Shown here piece after piece: positions 60,057 to 64,000 of a DNA stretch of 64,000 nucleotides. The position numbers were made by a program, and so were the translations under genes. Source of the DNA: Candidatus Latescibacterota bacterium (GTDB lineage: Bacteria > Latescibacterota > UBA2968 > GCA-2709665); NCBI GenBank assembly GCA_965226795.1, contig CBDDDZ010000005.1, forward strand, positions 1,824,001 to 1,888,000. The letters are read 5' to 3'. Numbering within the stretch: position 1 is the first letter of the stretch; each line of letters starts with the position of its first letter. The notes below the pieces were generated by a model. The model had not been told where the DNA came from, searched no databases, and worked only from the letters and a program-made list of their open reading frames with translations.

Positions 60057-62066
60057 ATGTCAATACCATCAACGATATCGACGGATTCCGATGCCGACAC
60101 GTCCTCCGGTCCGGATACCACGCAGAATCGGGGCGTGACCGTCAGATCCATCGTCTACGGGCTCTTCCTTTCGGTGGCCATCGGTATACTGGGCGACACG
60201 GTGCGCTACATCCTCCATGCGTCGTTTATGGCCTACAGCCATATGCCCATGGGCAACCTGATCCTTACGCTGGTCTCCATCATCCTTGGTTCGATGCTGG
60301 CCTACAGGTTCGGCCGGCGGTTTGTCTTCACCTCTTCTGAATGGATCACCATTTTCTGCATGGGATTCATCAGTTCTCTGGGGCCCACCTATGGGATCGG
60401 CGGATACCTCGTGGGGGTTATGGTCGCACCGCACTATTTCGCGACACCGGAGAACGAATGGGCGAGGTACCTTCACCCCTATCTCCCACAATGGCTGATT
60501 CCGGAGAACGACGGCAATGCAATGGCCTGGTTCTACGAGGGCCTGCCCCAGGGCGCGTCCATTCCGTGGGGGGTCTGGGCCGTGCCGCTGTTCTGGTGGT
60601 TCACCTTTATCTGCGCCGTTGCCCTGGCCGTATCCTGCCTGTCCATCATTTTCCGCAAGCAGTGGTCCGAATACGAGCGCCTCGTCTTCCCCGCAATGGA
60701 ACCCATCATAGAATTCACCACGAACGCCGGAACGGGAAAACGATGGTTCCCGGAATTCATGAAGGGCAAAGCGTTCTGGGCCGGATTCATGCTCACCACG
60801 TTCGTATTCGGCTGGAATATGATCGCCTGGTTCTATCCCCAGTTCCCCCGTTTTCCCACGGCTTCGGCCCGATGGACATTTTTCTCGCGCGATTACCCGC
60901 CCGGCTTTTTCTTTTTGAGCACGGTTGTTATCTGCTTTTCGTACTTCGCCAGCCTCGAGATCCTCTTCAGCCTCTGGTTTTTCGACGTTCTGTTCATTCT
61001 TGAGGGGGGTATCCTCAGCGGGTTCGGCGTATCGGCCATCTCACCCTACTATGGACGAGGCCGTTACGTCTGGCAAACGGCAGGGGGGTTTACGGCCTTT
61101 GCCCTCTGGGCGATGTGGATCGCGAGACATCACCTGCGCGACGTCGTCCGGAAAGCGCTCAGCCCGGATCGACCGACTCCAGACGACAGCAAAGAGCTGC
61201 TGTCGTACCGGCATGCCGTGCTGGGGCTTATCGTCGGTTGTCTTTATATGGCGCTGTGGCTGGGGTGGATCGGCATGCAGGTGAAGGTAATCGTCCTACT
61301 CATCCTGTTGATGCTCATCGTATATACGACCGTTGCGAAGATGCTCGCGGACTCGGGCATTATCTATCTGAACCCGCCCACTTCAGCATGGGGCCTCGTC
61401 TCCCGATTTCTGGGCGGCTCCCACACGTTTACCGCGCCCACCAAAATGGCGCTGGGTCTTTCCTCCCGGGCGGTCAATCATTATCGGGGCCTCACCATGG
61501 GTACGATGGCCCATATCAACCGCCTGGCTGAATTTCTGCCGACGGGCAAACGGCGGCTGTTCGGAGCGGTTTGTGCGGCATTCGTGGTCGGAATGGTCAC
61601 CTCCACGCTCTACACCGTGTGGCTCGGTTATACCATTGGCGGGTACAATGTACGGCCCAACTGGCTGATCATCAGTGCACCACTCGGACAGATACGGGGC
61701 ATCGCCAATTCCATCAAGGCCGTCGACATCCCCATCGAACGGGTCAACTACTGGTTTTTCCTTGCCGGCGCCGCTTTTATGGCCTTCCTGAATCTGATGC
61801 GGTATCGCTTCGTATGGTGGCCGCTGCATCCGATCGGGTTCGCCCTGTCCGGTACGGCGCTTTCGCGGCTCACCAGTGTGACCATATTCGTCGCGTGGCT
61901 GGTCAAACTGACCATGCTCAAGCTTGCCGGCGCCGCCTTTTACCGGAAATCGAGACCTTTCTTTATCGGCATGTTAGCAGGTTACATTCTGTCCGTTGCC
62001 GCGGGCGTTGTCGCGGACGCCATCTGGTTCCAGCCGGACGGGCATGTGGTACATAAGTGGTATTAG
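60057..62066 (+). CDS. Polytopic membrane protein, DUF6785/DUF6784-like (OPT-related putative transporter)
   Basis: GVTVRS, YFATPENEW, RKQWSEYERLVFP, C-terminal WWPLHPIGF...W..K...YRK.RPFFIG; many TM segments. Confidence 0.75.
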   Translation: MSIPSTISTDSDADTSSGPDTTQNRGVTVRSIVYGLFLSVAIGILGDTVRYILHASFMAYSHMPMGNLILTLVSIILGSMLAYRFGRRFVFTSSEWITIFCMGFISSLGPTYGIGGYLVGVMVAPHYFATPENEWARYLHPYLPQWLIPENDGNAMAWFYEGLPQGASIPWGVWAVPLFWWFTFICAVALAVSCLSIIFRKQWSEYERLVFPAMEPIIEFTTNAGTGKRWFPEFMKGKAFWAGFMLTTFVFGWNMIAWFYPQFPRFPTASARWTFFSRDYPPGFFFLSTVVICFSYFASLEILFSLWFFDVLFILEGGILSGFGVSAISPYYGRGRYVWQTAGGFTAFALWAMWIARHHLRDVVRKALSPDRPTPDDSKELLSYRHAVLGLIVGCLYMALWLGWIGMQVKVIVLLILLMLIVYTTVAKMLADSGIIYLNPPTSAWGLVSRFLGGSHTFTAPTKMALGLSSRAVNHYRGLTMGTMAHINRLAEFLPTGKRRLFGAVCAAFVVGMVTSTLYTVWLGYTIGGYNVRPNWLIISAPLGQIRGIANSIKAVDIPIERVNYWFFLAGAAFMAFLNLMRYRFVWWPLHPIGFALSGTALSRLTSVTIFVAWLVKLTMLKLAGAAFYRKSRPFFIGMLAGYILSVAAGVVADAIWFQPDGHVVHKWY

Positions 62067-62138
62067 TACCAGCCGGGGGTTCCCGGAACGTCGAACTAAC
62101 GATCTGATCAAAATCCTTATTCTGATGCAGGGATCTTC

Positions 62139-64000
62139 GTGAAAAAAAACAACATCGCCCTCGGCCTGGTCATCCTGATTGTCTTTCTCAGTTTGACCCT
62201 GGTTTCACCGCAGGCGCTCACCGACCGGCTGTTCGACTGGTTCAACATCCGGTATCCGGAGTTACCGCCCGCCAGGGCGGCTACCGGCCAACAGAAATTG
62301 GCTGACACCATCCGCGACAGGATCACGCCGAAGAATATCGAATCGCGTTTGCTCCGACTCAGCACGGCGGGTTCGCGGGTGGTGGGCTATCCGGGCCACA
62401 GGGCCGCATCTCTCTATATTCAGGAAGAGTTCGAACGCGTGGGCCTGGAAAACGTCTCTGTAGAGACCTACGACGTCACGTCGCCGATAGACAAAGGCGG
62501 CAGTCTCCGGATCGTGGGTGAGCCCGGTATCGTTCCCATACATGCGGTCTGGCCCAACCTGGTCCGCACGTCCACGCTGCCAGGCGCCGGACTGAGAGCC
62601 CCGCTTATTGACGCCGGCAACGGCGAATTCTCCGATTTCATCGGCCGGGAGCCCGGCGGCAGCGTCGTTCTCCTGGACTTCAACTCCTGGAATCGCTGGA
62701 TGAATGCCTCCATGCTGGGCGCCAGGGCAATTATCTTCGTCGCTCCGGACTCCACCACAACGGCGGAAGCGGAGCAGAAATTCTTCCAGGTTCCGCTTAA
62801 CGCGCCTCGCTTCTGGATCGGTAAGCCGGAAGGGGAGCGCCTCCGTCGGCGCCTGGCTGCGGGCGAACAAATCGAAGTGGCGTTGACGGCGCGAATGGAC
62901 TGGGAAACGCACCCGACACAAAACATCATTGGCTGGATTACGGGCACGGATCCCCAGCTTCGGGAACGCGTGGTACTCATCGACGCCTATTACGACGCGA
63001 TGTCCGTCGTCCCCGCGCTCGCCCCCGGCGCCGAGCAGGCATCCGGCATCGTCGCTCTGCTCGAAATGGCCGAATATTTCAAGGCGCATCCGCCCGCCCA
63101 CACTGTCCTCTTCCTGGCCACGTCGGCGCACCATCTCGGTTTTCGCGGCGTCTGCGACTTCCTCGGGAGGCATGCCCGAAAAGAGGAGCACTTCGCGGCC
63201 ATGATGACGGATCCTATCGACATTCGGCTTTGGATCTCCCTGGAACTCTCCTCGCAAACCGACCAGATGGCCGTTTGGAACGGTAGCACCGCGTTCTACT
63301 TTCAGCGTTTTTTCACACCGCTCGGCAAACGCTTCAGCAACCTCGGCGCGGACCTTGCACCGGCGTTCGGAATGGACGCAAAGCGGTCTCTCGTAGACGG
63401 AATCAACCCTCCGTCGGGCATGAGTTGGAGCATGTTCATTCCCGGGGGAAATATTAAGACCGATTCGCAAGTCGTGCTTACCACGGGCATGCCGACACTT
63501 GCTTTCGTGACCATCAACGATGCGCGATTCAGGGTGGATACGCCCCATGACACCGTGGAAAAGATCAATCTGACCAACCTGACGAATCAGATCCGGCTGC
63601 TTACGGCGGTGCTCAGCAAGGCCCTTAACGAGCCCGCATTCCTGCCCGATTACCGCGTCGAAATGAAGGATCGGATGCGTGCCCTGAAGGGGCGCCTGCT
63701 CACCTTTCCCCGGCGCAGCATCACCCCTGATCGGCCGCGCAGGGGCGCGGTGGCGGTACTGCGAATGTCCCATGAAAAGTCCGTCAAGGGCGTACGTGCG
63801 ACATTCTACGATCAGGCCGACGAGAACGGCGAATTTTACATTCCCGGCCTCGCAGTTCGCTGGGTTGGCCTGGATGCCTATCACCTGGACCCTGAAAGCG
63901 GCGAAATCACCTATGCGTCGGATCGCGGGCACAACGCCCGGATCTATAAACCCGAATTCGGAATGGACTGGTGGATTACCCGTTCCACGCGCATCATGTT
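62139..64000 (+). CDS. Large exported/membrane protein with degenerate M28-peptidase-like domain (partial, runs off the window)
   Basis: Absent from the ORF track because it has no stop; GTG 62139 MKKNNIALGLVILIVFL..., SRVVGYPG, VVLIDAYYDAMSVVPALAPGAEQASG, LFLATSAHHLG; frame open at all points checked, including the window end. Confidence 0.8.
   Translation, partial: MKKNNIALGLVILIVFLSLTLVSPQALTDRLFDWFNIRYPELPPARAATGQQKLADTIRDRITPKNIESRLLRLSTAGSRVVGYPGHRAASLYIQEEFERVGLENVSVETYDVTSPIDKGGSLRIVGEPGIVPIHAVWPNLVRTSTLPGAGLRAPLIDAGNGEFSDFIGREPGGSVVLLDFNSWNRWMNASMLGARAIIFVAPDSTTTAEAEQKFFQVPLNAPRFWIGKPEGERLRRRLAAGEQIEVALTARMDWETHPTQNIIGWITGTDPQLRERVVLIDAYYDAMSVVPALAPGAEQASGIVALLEMAEYFKAHPPAHTVLFLATSAHHLGFRGVCDFLGRHARKEEHFAAMMTDPIDIRLWISLELSSQTDQMAVWNGSTAFYFQRFFTPLGKRFSNLGADLAPAFGMDAKRSLVDGINPPSGMSWSMFIPGGNIKTDSQVVLTTGMPTLAFVTINDARFRVDTPHDTVEKINLTNLTNQIRLLTAVLSKALNEPAFLPDYRVEMKDRMRALKGRLLTFPRRSITPDRPRRGAVAVLRMSHEKSVKGVRATFYDQADENGEFYIPGLAVRWVGLDAYHLDPESGEITYASDRGHNARIYKPEFGMDWWITRSTRIM

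Noticed and set aside
62262..63932. 556-aa minus-strand ORF
   Set aside because: Antisense shadow of the real + strand ORF starting at 62139

Overview
GC-rich bacterial chromosome segment. Gene content (long-form IspG, tatA-gatA-gatB, GldAFG-like ABC set, DUF6785-like membrane protein) suggests an uncultured FCB-type lineage such as Latescibacterota; this is inference only. The housekeeping backbone is rpsU(3' end)-cvpA-mutS2, ispG, dnaG, tRNA-Ile2(CAT), ilvN-leuA-leuC-leuD-leuB-cimA-aminotransferase-argJ-aspC-accA, comEC, truA-htrA-pssA, tatA-gatA-gatB and dgoD. A small defence-like islet follows the tRNA: a DUF262/DUF1524 nuclease and a RelE-like/UvrD helicase, both frameshifted, and an intact Cas4/AddB-like nuclease. 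Four observations stand out. (1) An ECF sigma factor is fused in frame to what looks like domains II+III of the DNA polymerase III beta sliding clamp (18846-20213), with an internal SD/ATG at the junction. (2) An approximately 570-nt gene-free region between accA and comEC has its own consensus sigma70 promoter and about 10 nested long-range helices, a candidate large ncRNA. (3) A complete four-segment, Leu-codon leader-peptide translational attenuator lies upstream of ilvN. (4) A compact stand-alone small-ORF/sRNA unit converges on the sigma-clamp gene. All calls come from reading motifs by eye; no searches or folding programs were run.
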